27,309 nucleotides of DNA, from the NCBI GenBank assembly GCA_023427125.1, contig JAEZBP010000961.1, forward strand, positions 1-27,309, written 5' to 3'. Source of the stretch: Pseudomonadota bacterium (GTDB lineage Bacteria > Myxococcota_A > Polyangia > Polyangiales > Sandaracinaceae). Positions 7,813-23,589 of this stretch are shown here, piece after piece. Position numbers and translations under genes: made by a program. The notes beneath the pieces are model-generated. The model was not told the DNA's origin. It saw only the letters and a program-made list of their open reading frames with translations, and ran no database searches. How positions within the stretch are numbered: position 1 is the stretch's first letter; every line of letters begins with the position of its first letter.

Positions 7813-8916
7813 CTACTCGGCGGGAGCCGGCGCAGCCTCGGCAGGTGTCGGCGCGGCCTCGGCGGGCGCGTTCGGATCGGGCATGCGCGCGTCGGGAGGG
7901 AGCTCGCCGGTGAGCGAGCGGAGGAACGCGGTGATCGCGCTCGCGTCGGCGTCGGACAGCTCGCGGCCGAGCTGCACCTCGGCCATCGTGCGCACCGCGC
8001 CGGCGAGCTCTCGCTCGCTGCCGTCGTGGAAGTAGGGCGCGGTCAGCTCCACGTTGCGCAGGGTCGGCACCTTGAACTTGTGCCGGTCCTCCTCCGCCTG
8101 CGTCACGTTGAAGCGGCCGAGATCGGCCTCGGTGATCCGCCCGCCGCGCCGCTCGAAGTAGTTGTGGACCAGGCCCATGCGCTGGTAGCTGGTGCCGCCG
8201 ATGTTGCTCCCGCTGTGGCAGGTGGTGCAGCCCGTCTCGACGAAGAGGCGCAGGCCTCGCTGCTCCTCGTCGGTGAGCGCCGCGTCGTCGCCGCCGAGCC
8301 ACGCGTCGAAGCGCGAGGGGGTGACCAGCGAGCGCTCGTACTCGACGATCGCGTCGAGCACGTTGGCCTGCGTGATGCCGCTCTCTCCGTAGCTCGCGCC
8401 GAACGACTGCACGTAGCCCTGATCGGCGCGCAGGCGCTCGAGGAGCGAGGGCCACTCGGCGCCCATCTCGATCGGGTTCGTCACCGGGCCGGCCGCCTGC
8501 TCGAGCAGATCGGCCGCGCGCCCGTCCCAGAACTGCACGAAGTTGAACGCCGCGTTGAGCACGGTCGGCGAGTTGATCGGGCCGATCTGGCCGCGGATGC
8601 CGGTCGAGGTCGCGCGAGGCTCGGCGCCGCCCGAGCTCATGCTGTGGCAGGTCGCGCACGAGAGGGTGCTGTCGCCGCTGAGCCGCGTGTCGTGGAAGAG
8701 GCGGCGGCCGAGCAGCATCTTCTCGCGATCGATGTCGGTCGGGGCCACCACCGCGGCGAAGGTGTCGCCCACGAGTTCGCGCAGCGGACGCGGCGGTGCG
8801 GGCGTGGGCTCGGCCTGCGTGGTGGTGCTGGGGGTGGAGCTCGTCTCTTCCCCGCCACACGCGGAGAGCAGGGCCGCCACACAGGCGAACAGAACGACTC
8901 GCTTCATGAGCTTCAT
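7813..8916 (-). CDS. Di-haem cytochrome c peroxidase (bacterial CCP family), lipoprotein-anchored
   Basis: Two CxxCH motifs (CATCH, CTTCH), LGRRLFHDTRLS, INSPTVLNA, QFWDGRA, GPVTNPIEM, FKVPTLRNVELTAPYFHDGS, Met ligand in VRTMAEVQLG; lipobox LSA-C. Confidence 0.93.
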   Translation of the reverse strand: MKLMKRVVLFACVAALLSACGGEETSSTPSTTTQAEPTPAPPRPLRELVGDTFAAVVAPTDIDREKMLLGRRLFHDTRLSGDSTLSCATCHSMSSGGAEPRATSTGIRGQIGPINSPTVLNAAFNFVQFWDGRAADLLEQAAGPVTNPIEMGAEWPSLLERLRADQGYVQSFGASYGESGITQANVLDAIVEYERSLVTPSRFDAWLGGDDAALTDEEQRGLRLFVETGCTTCHSGSNIGGTSYQRMGLVHNYFERRGGRITEADLGRFNVTQAEEDRHKFKVPTLRNVELTAPYFHDGSERELAGAVRTMAEVQLGRELSDADASAITAFLRSLTGELPPDARMPDPNAPAEAAPTPAEAAPAPAE

Positions 8917-8933
8917 GGCTTCGTTTCTCCGAA

Positions 8934-10130
8934 TCAGCTTCTGAGCACGCGGAAGGTGATGCCGGCGCGCTCGAGCCGCTCGATCAGGGGGCGGCCCATC
9001 GCCGCCGCCGGCGTGATCACGCCGGTGAGATCAGGGGTGCGCTCGCGCTCGAGCGCCAGACAGAGCGCAGACTCGGCGAGCATCTTCGAGGTCTCGGTGT
9101 AGCCCGGATCACCGCCTGCGACCTCCGTCACCAGGGTCCTGCCGTTCGTACGCGCGAGGAAGGTCACGCGGAACCACGCGCGGGCGCGCTCCTCCTCGCT
9201 CGGGCCCTGGCCGGGGTCCTTCACCTTCAAGAGGAGCGCGCGCGTCGGGGACAGCTGCGCGAGCGCGAACACCGAGCCGACCGCGGCCGCGCCGGCGACC
9301 AGCGTCGGCAGACGCTTCACGCGGACGTAGTGCCCGTAGGAGAGCTCGGGCCCGTACTCGTCGAGCATGCGCGCGCTGCGCAGCACGACCTGCGGATCGA
9401 TCGTCGGCAGCGGGCACGCCCAGCCGCCGATCTCCTTCTCGTAGTGCACCGTCGGGCGCACGCCGCGCACCCTGCGCGAGCCGGCGCCAGCGTGCCTCTC
9501 GTGGTGCGCCGGCACGCGCTTCGAGCGCGTGTACTCGCGGAACTGGCTGAACGCGCGGATCGCGCTGTGCCAGGTGCCGCCCGAGAAGGTCCCGCGCGAG
9601 CGCACGAAGCCCTCGATCGTCACCGGCGCCTCGAGCGGGCGCCCGCCCTGGCGCAGCTGATCGACGGTGTAGAGCACGCCGAGATCGTGCGGGATGCTGT
9701 CGAAGCCACAGCACGAGACGATCTTCGCGCCGGTCTCGCGCGCCTTCGCGTCGTAGCGCTCGATCGTGCGATCGACGAACTGCGGCTCGCCCGTGATGTC
9801 GAGGTAGTCGGTCCCCGCCTCGGCGCAGGCGCGCACGACGGGCTCGCCGTACTCGTCGAAGGGGCCGACGGTCGTCGCGAGCACGCGCGTCGAGGCGGCC
9901 ATCGCGCGGAGGCTGGCCTCGTCGGCGACGTCGGCGACCAGCACGCCGGCCGGAGGACACGCGCGCCCGGCGAGCTCCGCCGCGATGTCGCGCAGCTTGC
10001 GCTCGCTGCGTCCCGCGAGGGCCCAGCGCACCTCGCTCGGCGCCGAGTCGGCGAGGTAGGCGGCGGTGAGCCCACCGGTGAAGCCGGTCGCGCCGAAGAT
10101 CACAACGTCGTACGTGCGGTCCCTAGCCAT
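8934..10130 (-). CDS. Saccharopine dehydrogenase-like oxidoreductase (trans-acting enoyl reductase family)
   Basis: YDVVIFGATGFTG, WALAGR, TTVGPF...GEPVVRAC, YLDITGE, CCGFDSIPHDLG, SGGT, GDPGYTETSKMLAESALCLA, GVITPA. Confidence 0.92.
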   Translation of the reverse strand: MARDRTYDVVIFGATGFTGGLTAAYLADSAPSEVRWALAGRSERKLRDIAAELAGRACPPAGVLVADVADEASLRAMAASTRVLATTVGPFDEYGEPVVRACAEAGTDYLDITGEPQFVDRTIERYDAKARETGAKIVSCCGFDSIPHDLGVLYTVDQLRQGGRPLEAPVTIEGFVRSRGTFSGGTWHSAIRAFSQFREYTRSKRVPAHHERHAGAGSRRVRGVRPTVHYEKEIGGWACPLPTIDPQVVLRSARMLDEYGPELSYGHYVRVKRLPTLVAGAAAVGSVFALAQLSPTRALLLKVKDPGQGPSEEERARAWFRVTFLARTNGRTLVTEVAGGDPGYTETSKMLAESALCLALERERTPDLTGVITPAAAMGRPLIERLERAGITFRVLRS

Positions 10131-10185
10131 GACACCTCTTCTCTCGTTGTCGCCGAGCGCGTCGTGGAGCGCAGGCGCGCCGCAG

Positions 10186-10740
10186 TCAGCCGCCGTTCTT
10201 GCGCGGCACCATCGGCGGCGGCGGGGCGGAGCCGTCGGGCGCGGGCTCCGACTTCACGATCGGCGGCGGCGGCGGGCGCGAGGTCCGCGTCGTGGCCCCA
10301 CCCACCATCGGCGGCGGCGGCGCGCGGAGCGCCTCGAACGCACCTCGCAGCTCCTCCACGTCGTAGTCGAGCACGAGGTCCGTGTACTCGGCCGGCGACA
10401 TCCCGAGCGCGTCCGCGAGCCGCCGCAGGTACTCGTCCTCCTGCATGTCCGTCACGCCGTCGGCGTCGACCACCTTGCCGACGAGCTCGAGCAAGCGGCG
10501 CTTGGCCATCGGCGGATCGGAGGCGAAGCTCTGGGCGGAGGCGTCGAGGTCGAACCGCAGCGGATCGAAGCTCGAGATCCGCTCCTCGACCGCCTCGGGC
10601 AGCTCGTCGGGCTTCACGACCAAGAGCTCGGCGAGGAGCGCCCGCACCGCGCGCTGCTCGCCCTCCGTGAACTCGTCGTCGGCCCAGACGGCGCCGAGGA
10701 AGAGATCCGTGATCACCAAGATCCGATCGCGAACGTTCAT
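10186..10740 (-). CDS. TerB-like domain protein with a Pro-rich tail
   Basis: Duplicated TerB motif (GAVWADDEFTEGE; VVDADGVTDMQEDEYLRRLADALG). Confidence 0.8.
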   Translation of the reverse strand: MNVRDRILVITDLFLGAVWADDEFTEGEQRAVRALLAELLVVKPDELPEAVEERISSFDPLRFDLDASAQSFASDPPMAKRRLLELVGKVVDADGVTDMQEDEYLRRLADALGMSPAEYTDLVLDYDVEELRGAFEALRAPPPPMVGGATTRTSRPPPPPIVKSEPAPDGSAPPPPMVPRKNGG

Positions 10741-11000
10741 CGCGGGGAGGTTCTACCCCATCACGTCCCGCGCGCCCACCTTGCAGCAACGCTCGGCCGG
10801 GTGGGCCCGCGCGCTCGGCGCTCGAGCCCGCGTCCGCGCGCGCCACGCCGTCCTCGAGGACATTCACGGGTCACGACCCGACGCGGCCCCTGTCATCCAT
10901 CCGTCCACCCGAAAGACCTCTTTTGCGGACGCCTCTTGTGAGCGATCCTCCCGCCCCTAGTAGCGACGTGTCAGCCTGGGGGGCTTGCTGAAGAGGGACG

Positions 11001-19009
<8,009 letters not shown>

Positions 19010-19098
19010 TCGGCCCGATCGGGCGAGCTCGCCCGCTCCCGAGGGGTCGCTCGACGGATCTGGTCATGGCGCGCGGTTTGTGCTTCGCTCGCACCGAA

Positions 19099-19692
19099 AT
19101 GCTCCGCAAGACATACGGGTCGTTGGTCGTGGCGGTCCTCCTGACCGGATGCTCCCTGCTGGTCGAGGGCACGCTCGAGGGCAAGCAGCCGACGGTACCG
19201 GAGGGTGGGACCGACGATCGCCGATGCAGCAGCGACGAGGAGTGCCTGCTCTTCATGAACCACATCACCGACTGCACGCAGGTGTGCGTCGGAGCGAGCG
19301 CGGGAAGCCAGGGGACGTGCCGCCTCAACGATCCGGTGGGCACGCCCGACGCCACCCCCTGCGGGGGCCCGGGCTCGGGCCGGATCTGCGTTGACCGCAC
19401 CTGCAAGGTTCGCGGGTGCGGCGACGGGTACGTCGACCGGGAGGCGTCGCCGCCGGAGTACTGCGACGACGGCGACACCAACGACGCCAACAGCTGCAAC
19501 AACTCGTGCACGCGGCGCTGCACCGGAGGGGCGCCGCCCAACTGCACCGACGGCAACAGCTGCAACGGGACGGAGGGCACGTGCCCGGCGAGCGGCTTCT
19601 GTGAAGGCACGCCCCTCGAGCCGGACGGCACCGCGTGCATGATCGGCGCCGAGACCGGCATGTGCGTGCGCGGCGCCTGCGTCGCGGAGTGA
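19099..19692 (+). CDS. Cys-rich lipoprotein with a Myxococcus cysteine-rich repeat (DUF4215-like)
   Basis: MLRKTYGSLVVAVLLTG-C lipobox; CGDGYVD...EYCDDGDTNDANSCNNSC; CTDGNSCNGTEGTC; PDGTAC motifs. Confidence 0.85.
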   Translation: MLRKTYGSLVVAVLLTGCSLLVEGTLEGKQPTVPEGGTDDRRCSSDEECLLFMNHITDCTQVCVGASAGSQGTCRLNDPVGTPDATPCGGPGSGRICVDRTCKVRGCGDGYVDREASPPEYCDDGDTNDANSCNNSCTRRCTGGAPPNCTDGNSCNGTEGTCPASGFCEGTPLEPDGTACMIGAETGMCVRGACVAE

Positions 19693-19717
19693 GCTCGCTC
19701 GGCTCGACGCCAGCGCC

Positions 19718-22084
19718 ATGAAGCTCACTATCGGATGGCGAGCGCGCGCCATCTCGCTCGCCGTGGTGGCGGCGACCGCCGCGCTCGGCGTGTGGACCTT
19801 CACGCACCTCCACGTCACCACCGAGATCACCGAATTCCTTCCGTCGAGCGAGGATCGCGAGCTCGCGAGGATCGCGGCGGAGGTGGCGAGCTCGGATCTG
19901 ACGAGGACCATCACGCTGACGGTCGCGGCCGACGACCGCGAGGCGGCGGTGGAGGCCTCGGCCGAGCTGGCGCGACGGCTCGAGCGACGCGCGGAGGTCG
20001 AGTGGGTGCGGCGGGGGCCAGGCGCCGATCTCGACGAGGCGTTCTACACGCTCTACTTCCCGCGGCGGAACCTGCTCCTCGCGAGCAGCCCCGAGGATCT
20101 CGAGCGCGCGACGAGCGACGCCGGGCTGCGCGAGGCCGCGCGCGATCTCCGGCGCCGCCTCGGCTCACCGACCGGGACGTTCATCCGCCAGATCGCGCCG
20201 CGCGATCCGCTGCTCACGTTCGTGCGGCACCTCGAGGGCCTGCGCGACGCGCAGGAGGGAGGGCTCTCGGTCGTCGACGGACAGCTCGTGACGGCGGACG
20301 GCCGCGGGGTGATCTTCCTCGCGAGCCGCGCCTCCCCCTTCGACGGCGACGCGAGCCGGCGGCTGCTCGACGGCATCGCGCGCGACTTCGACGCCGTGAA
20401 CCGCGCGCACGGAGGCACGCTGCGCCTCGAGCAGAGCGGCGTCCATCGCTTCGCGGTGTCTTCGCAGGCCGCGATCGAGGAGGACGTGAGCCGCATCGGC
20501 GGGATCGGCACGGCGGGCGTGCTGCTCCTCTTCCTGATCGTGTATCGCTCGCTCCGCCACCTCGCGGTCGGCTCGATCCCGCTCGTCGTCGGCGGCGTGG
20601 TCGGCCTCGCGGTGACACAGCTGGTCTTCGGTCGCGTGCACGGGCTCGGGCTCGCCTTCGGCGCGACCCTCATCGGCGTCGGCGTGGACTACGTCGAGCA
20701 CTACATGAACCACCACACGCTCGCGCCCTCCCCCGAGGGGCCGGAGGCGAGCATGCGGAAGCTCTGGCCCGGCATCGCGCTCGGCGGCGCGACGACGATC
20801 GCGGGCCTCTCGGGGCTCGCGTGGACGAGCTTCCCGGGGATCCGCGAGCTCGCGGTGCTGACCTCGAGCGGCATCCTCGGGGCGCTGCTCGCGACCCGCT
20901 ACCTCGTGCCGCCGTGGATGCCCGTCGCGCCCAAGCCGACGCGGATCCACCGCACGATCGCGAGCACGCTCGAGCGAGGCCTCGGGGTGATCCGCCGCTC
21001 GTGGACCACCCGGCTCGCGATCCCGCTCGTCGCGCTGGTGATCTCGGGCGTGGGCCTCGCGAAGCTCCGCTGGGTCGACGACGTGCGCGTGCTCAACGCG
21101 CTCGACCCGGCGATCCTCGCGGAGGACGAGCGCGTGCGCGAGCAGGTGAGCCGGATGGACTCGGGGCGCTTCGTGCTCGCGTGGGGCGAGGACGAGGAGG
21201 CCGCGCTGCGCCGCAACGACGAGGTGAGCCGCCGATTGATCGAGGCCAAAGAGGCCGGTGAGGTCGAGCGCTTCCGCTCGATCCACTCGTTCCTCCCTTC
21301 GGCCCTCGAGCAGCGGCGGAGCCTCGAGGGGCTCCGCGAGTCCCCGCGGCTCTGGGAGCGAATGAGCGCCGCGTTCGAGGCGGAGGGGCTCGTGGTCTCG
21401 GCGTTCGAGCCCTTCCGCGAGGAGCTCTCGTCCTCGGAGGCGCCCGCGCCCCTCACCTGGGGCGAGATCGAGAGCTCGCCGATCGGCCCGCTGGTGCAGA
21501 GCTTTCGGGTCGACCTCGGCGACGGGCGGGTCGGCTTCCTCACGATGATGCGCGGCGGCGACGTGGACGCCCTGGAGGCCCGGCTCGCGGGGCTCGAGGG
21601 CGTCAGGCTCTTCGATCAGACGCGCTTCTTGGAGGGCGCTTACGGCCGATTCCGCGCGCGCACGATGCAGATGATCGGCTTCGGCCTCGTGGCGGTGTTC
21701 CTGCTGCTCCTCGTTCGCTATCGAGCGCTGGTGCCGGCCCTCGCCGCCTTCCTCCCCTCCGTGCTCTCGGCGACGACCTCCCTCGCGCTGCTCGTGCTGC
21801 TCGGCTTCGAGGCGAACCTGATGCACCTCGTCGCGCTCCTCTTGGTGCTCAGCATGGGCGTCGACTACGGCGTGTTCATGGTGGAGATCCGGGACGGCGA
21901 CGAGGGCGCAGGGCCGACGCTCTCGGGCATCCTCGTCGCGTGCCTGACGACGGTGCTCTCCTTCGGGCTGCTCGCGATGAGCGAGAACCCCGCCCTCCGC
22001 GCGCTCGGCGCGATCGCGGGGATCGGCTCGGTCCTGAGCCTCGTGCTCGCACCGACCGCGTGGCTCTTCGTTCGACGCCGCTGA
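19718..22084 (+). CDS. MMPL/RND-family exporter (ApeM / xanthomonadin-exporter-like)
   Basis: Two halves, each with a large extracytoplasmic loop and a transmembrane bundle; motifs TEITEFLP, DPLL, AFGATLIGVGVDY, TSFPGIRELA, LLVLSMGVDYGVF, TTVLSFGLLAMSENPAL. Confidence 0.9.
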   Translation: MKLTIGWRARAISLAVVAATAALGVWTFTHLHVTTEITEFLPSSEDRELARIAAEVASSDLTRTITLTVAADDREAAVEASAELARRLERRAEVEWVRRGPGADLDEAFYTLYFPRRNLLLASSPEDLERATSDAGLREAARDLRRRLGSPTGTFIRQIAPRDPLLTFVRHLEGLRDAQEGGLSVVDGQLVTADGRGVIFLASRASPFDGDASRRLLDGIARDFDAVNRAHGGTLRLEQSGVHRFAVSSQAAIEEDVSRIGGIGTAGVLLLFLIVYRSLRHLAVGSIPLVVGGVVGLAVTQLVFGRVHGLGLAFGATLIGVGVDYVEHYMNHHTLAPSPEGPEASMRKLWPGIALGGATTIAGLSGLAWTSFPGIRELAVLTSSGILGALLATRYLVPPWMPVAPKPTRIHRTIASTLERGLGVIRRSWTTRLAIPLVALVISGVGLAKLRWVDDVRVLNALDPAILAEDERVREQVSRMDSGRFVLAWGEDEEAALRRNDEVSRRLIEAKEAGEVERFRSIHSFLPSALEQRRSLEGLRESPRLWERMSAAFEAEGLVVSAFEPFREELSSSEAPAPLTWGEIESSPIGPLVQSFRVDLGDGRVGFLTMMRGGDVDALEARLAGLEGVRLFDQTRFLEGAYGRFRARTMQMIGFGLVAVFLLLLVRYRALVPALAAFLPSVLSATTSLALLVLLGFEANLMHLVALLLVLSMGVDYGVFMVEIRDGDEGAGPTLSGILVACLTTVLSFGLLAMSENPALRALGAIAGIGSVLSLVLAPTAWLFVRRR

Positions 22085-22149
22085 GTTGGTTCTGCGCGCG
22101 CCCTCGCGCGCTCGCCAGCGGCCCCGCGCTCGGCTACGACGGATCGCAG

Positions 22150-22800
22150 ATGCCTCTCTCGATGCGCTTCGCCGTCGCCACGTGGCTGCTGGTCGCCTGC
22201 GGACCGCCGCCTCCGACTCGGCAAGTTCCGGCCGATTATCCGGGGGAGCTCTCGCCTCCTTCGGCGCTGCGCTCGCCGGGGCTCGGCGAGGCCTTCGCGC
22301 TCGAGCAGCGCGTGCGCTCTTCGAGCTCGCAGGGCACCTACGAGTTTCGCGCGATCATGCAGCGCCAGGGCGACACGCTGATCGTCGTCGGGCTCGGACC
22401 GCACGGAGGTCGCGGCTTCGTGCTCACGCAGCGCGGGCAGGAGGTGGAGTTCGAGTCGCACCTCCCGCAAGAGCTGCCCTTCCCGCCGCGCTACATGCTG
22501 ATCGACATCCACCGCGCGTGGTTCATGGGGCTCGAGGGTCCGCGCGAGGACGGCGTGCATCGCGAGGAGCATCGCGGCGAGGAGATCGTGGAGCGCTGGG
22601 AGGGCGGGCTCCTCCGCGAGCGCACGTTCCGCCGCGTCGACGGAGAGCCCGGGGGCACGATCCGCGTGACCTACGAGCCCGGCCTCGGCGGCGCCGAGCC
22701 TCCGCGCGAGGTCACGCTGGAGAACGGATGGTTCGGCTACACGCTCACGATCACGACGCTCTCGCATCAGCGGATCGAGGCGACCGGCGCGGAGGAGTGA
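22150..22800 (+). CDS. DUF3261-family lipoprotein (ApeN-like)
   Basis: Lipobox LVA-C; LEQRV...LIVVGLGPHGGRGFVL...LPFPPRYMLIDIHRAWF...VTLENGWFGYTLTITTL; directly follows the MMPL gene. Start may be 22162. Confidence 0.75.
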   Translation: MPLSMRFAVATWLLVACGPPPPTRQVPADYPGELSPPSALRSPGLGEAFALEQRVRSSSSQGTYEFRAIMQRQGDTLIVVGLGPHGGRGFVLTQRGQEVEFESHLPQELPFPPRYMLIDIHRAWFMGLEGPREDGVHREEHRGEEIVERWEGGLLRERTFRRVDGEPGGTIRVTYEPGLGGAEPPREVTLENGWFGYTLTITTLSHQRIEATGAEE

Positions 22801-22804
22801 GCGA

Positions 22805-22841
22805 GCCCGCCGCGCGGTGCCGAGCGGCATGAGCGGCGGGC
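22805..22841. terminator. GC-rich hairpin between convergent genes
   Basis: GCCCGCCGC (22805-22813) pairs with GCGGCGGGC (22833-22841), with an inner TGCC/GGCA stem; no U-tract. Confidence 0.4.
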
Positions 22842-22863
22842 CCGATGGAGGCACGTCAGCGGA

Positions 22864-23589
22864 TCAGGCGAGCGCCTTGGCGGGCTCGCCGGCGAGCGTG
22901 GCCTCGCGGATCCAGCCGCGGACGAGCTCGAGGTGCTCTTCCTCGGTCTCGTGCGCGCGGTGGAAGCGCGCGGCCAGGTCGTCCTGGCCGTTGGCCTCCG
23001 CGAGATCGATCAGGAGGCTCCAGCCGTCGTTGTCGGCCAGCTCCGCGACGAGGATCGCGTCGAGGCACTGCGCGAAGGTCGAGCGCGGATCGAGCAGCAC
23101 CTTGGGCAGCCCCGAGGAGACGGTGGCGGTGACGCCGGCGGCCGGGGTCATCGCCGTGGGGTCGCCTCCGAGCGACTCGATCGCCTCGACCATCAGCAGG
23201 AAGTGCTCGTGCTCCTGGGTGCAGATGCGCTCGACGTCCTTGCGGTTCGGGGCGTTGGCGCCCGGGCCGATCGGCGCCGGCCCGTCGAGCTTCGCCAGCA
23301 GCGCCTCGTAGAGGCGCACGCCGGTCCGCTCGAACGCGAGCCGCTCACCCATCTTGTCGAGCAGGGTCCCCATCAGCCCCGCCTTCTTCCCGCGCACACC
23401 GCCGGGCTGCTTCGGCAGGTGCCCGAGCACCTCTCCCTCGGCCGAGTACTGGTTGCGCAGCGCCGGGATCCAGCGCCCGTCGCCCGGCGTCGAGGGCGGC
23501 GTCATCTCCGTCACCTCCACCAGCTCCGCCGTGTCGAGCGGGTTCAGCGTCCCGCCGGTGCGGTTCACGTTCTTCTCGCTGTCCTTCAT
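22864..23589 (-). CDS. Ferritin-like di-metal protein
   Basis: LLDKMGERLAFERTGVRLYEAL, QEHEH (ExxH), LGGDPTAMTP, LVAELADNDGW, TEEEHL (ExxH); ATG overlaps the upstream stop (ATGA), with GGAGG upstream. Confidence 0.85.
   Translation of the reverse strand: MKDSEKNVNRTGGTLNPLDTAELVEVTEMTPPSTPGDGRWIPALRNQYSAEGEVLGHLPKQPGGVRGKKAGLMGTLLDKMGERLAFERTGVRLYEALLAKLDGPAPIGPGANAPNRKDVERICTQEHEHFLLMVEAIESLGGDPTAMTPAAGVTATVSSGLPKVLLDPRSTFAQCLDAILVAELADNDGWSLLIDLAEANGQDDLAARFHRAHETEEEHLELVRGWIREATLAGEPAKALA

Noticed and set aside
10186..10740. Tellurite-resistance or anti-phage ter operon
   Set aside because: Single TerB-like gene with no terZ/A/C/D/E neighbours.
19067..19083. TGGCGCG-cggt-TTGTG as a sigma54 promoter
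   Set aside because: Mismatches at both the -24 and -12 boxes; too weak to call.
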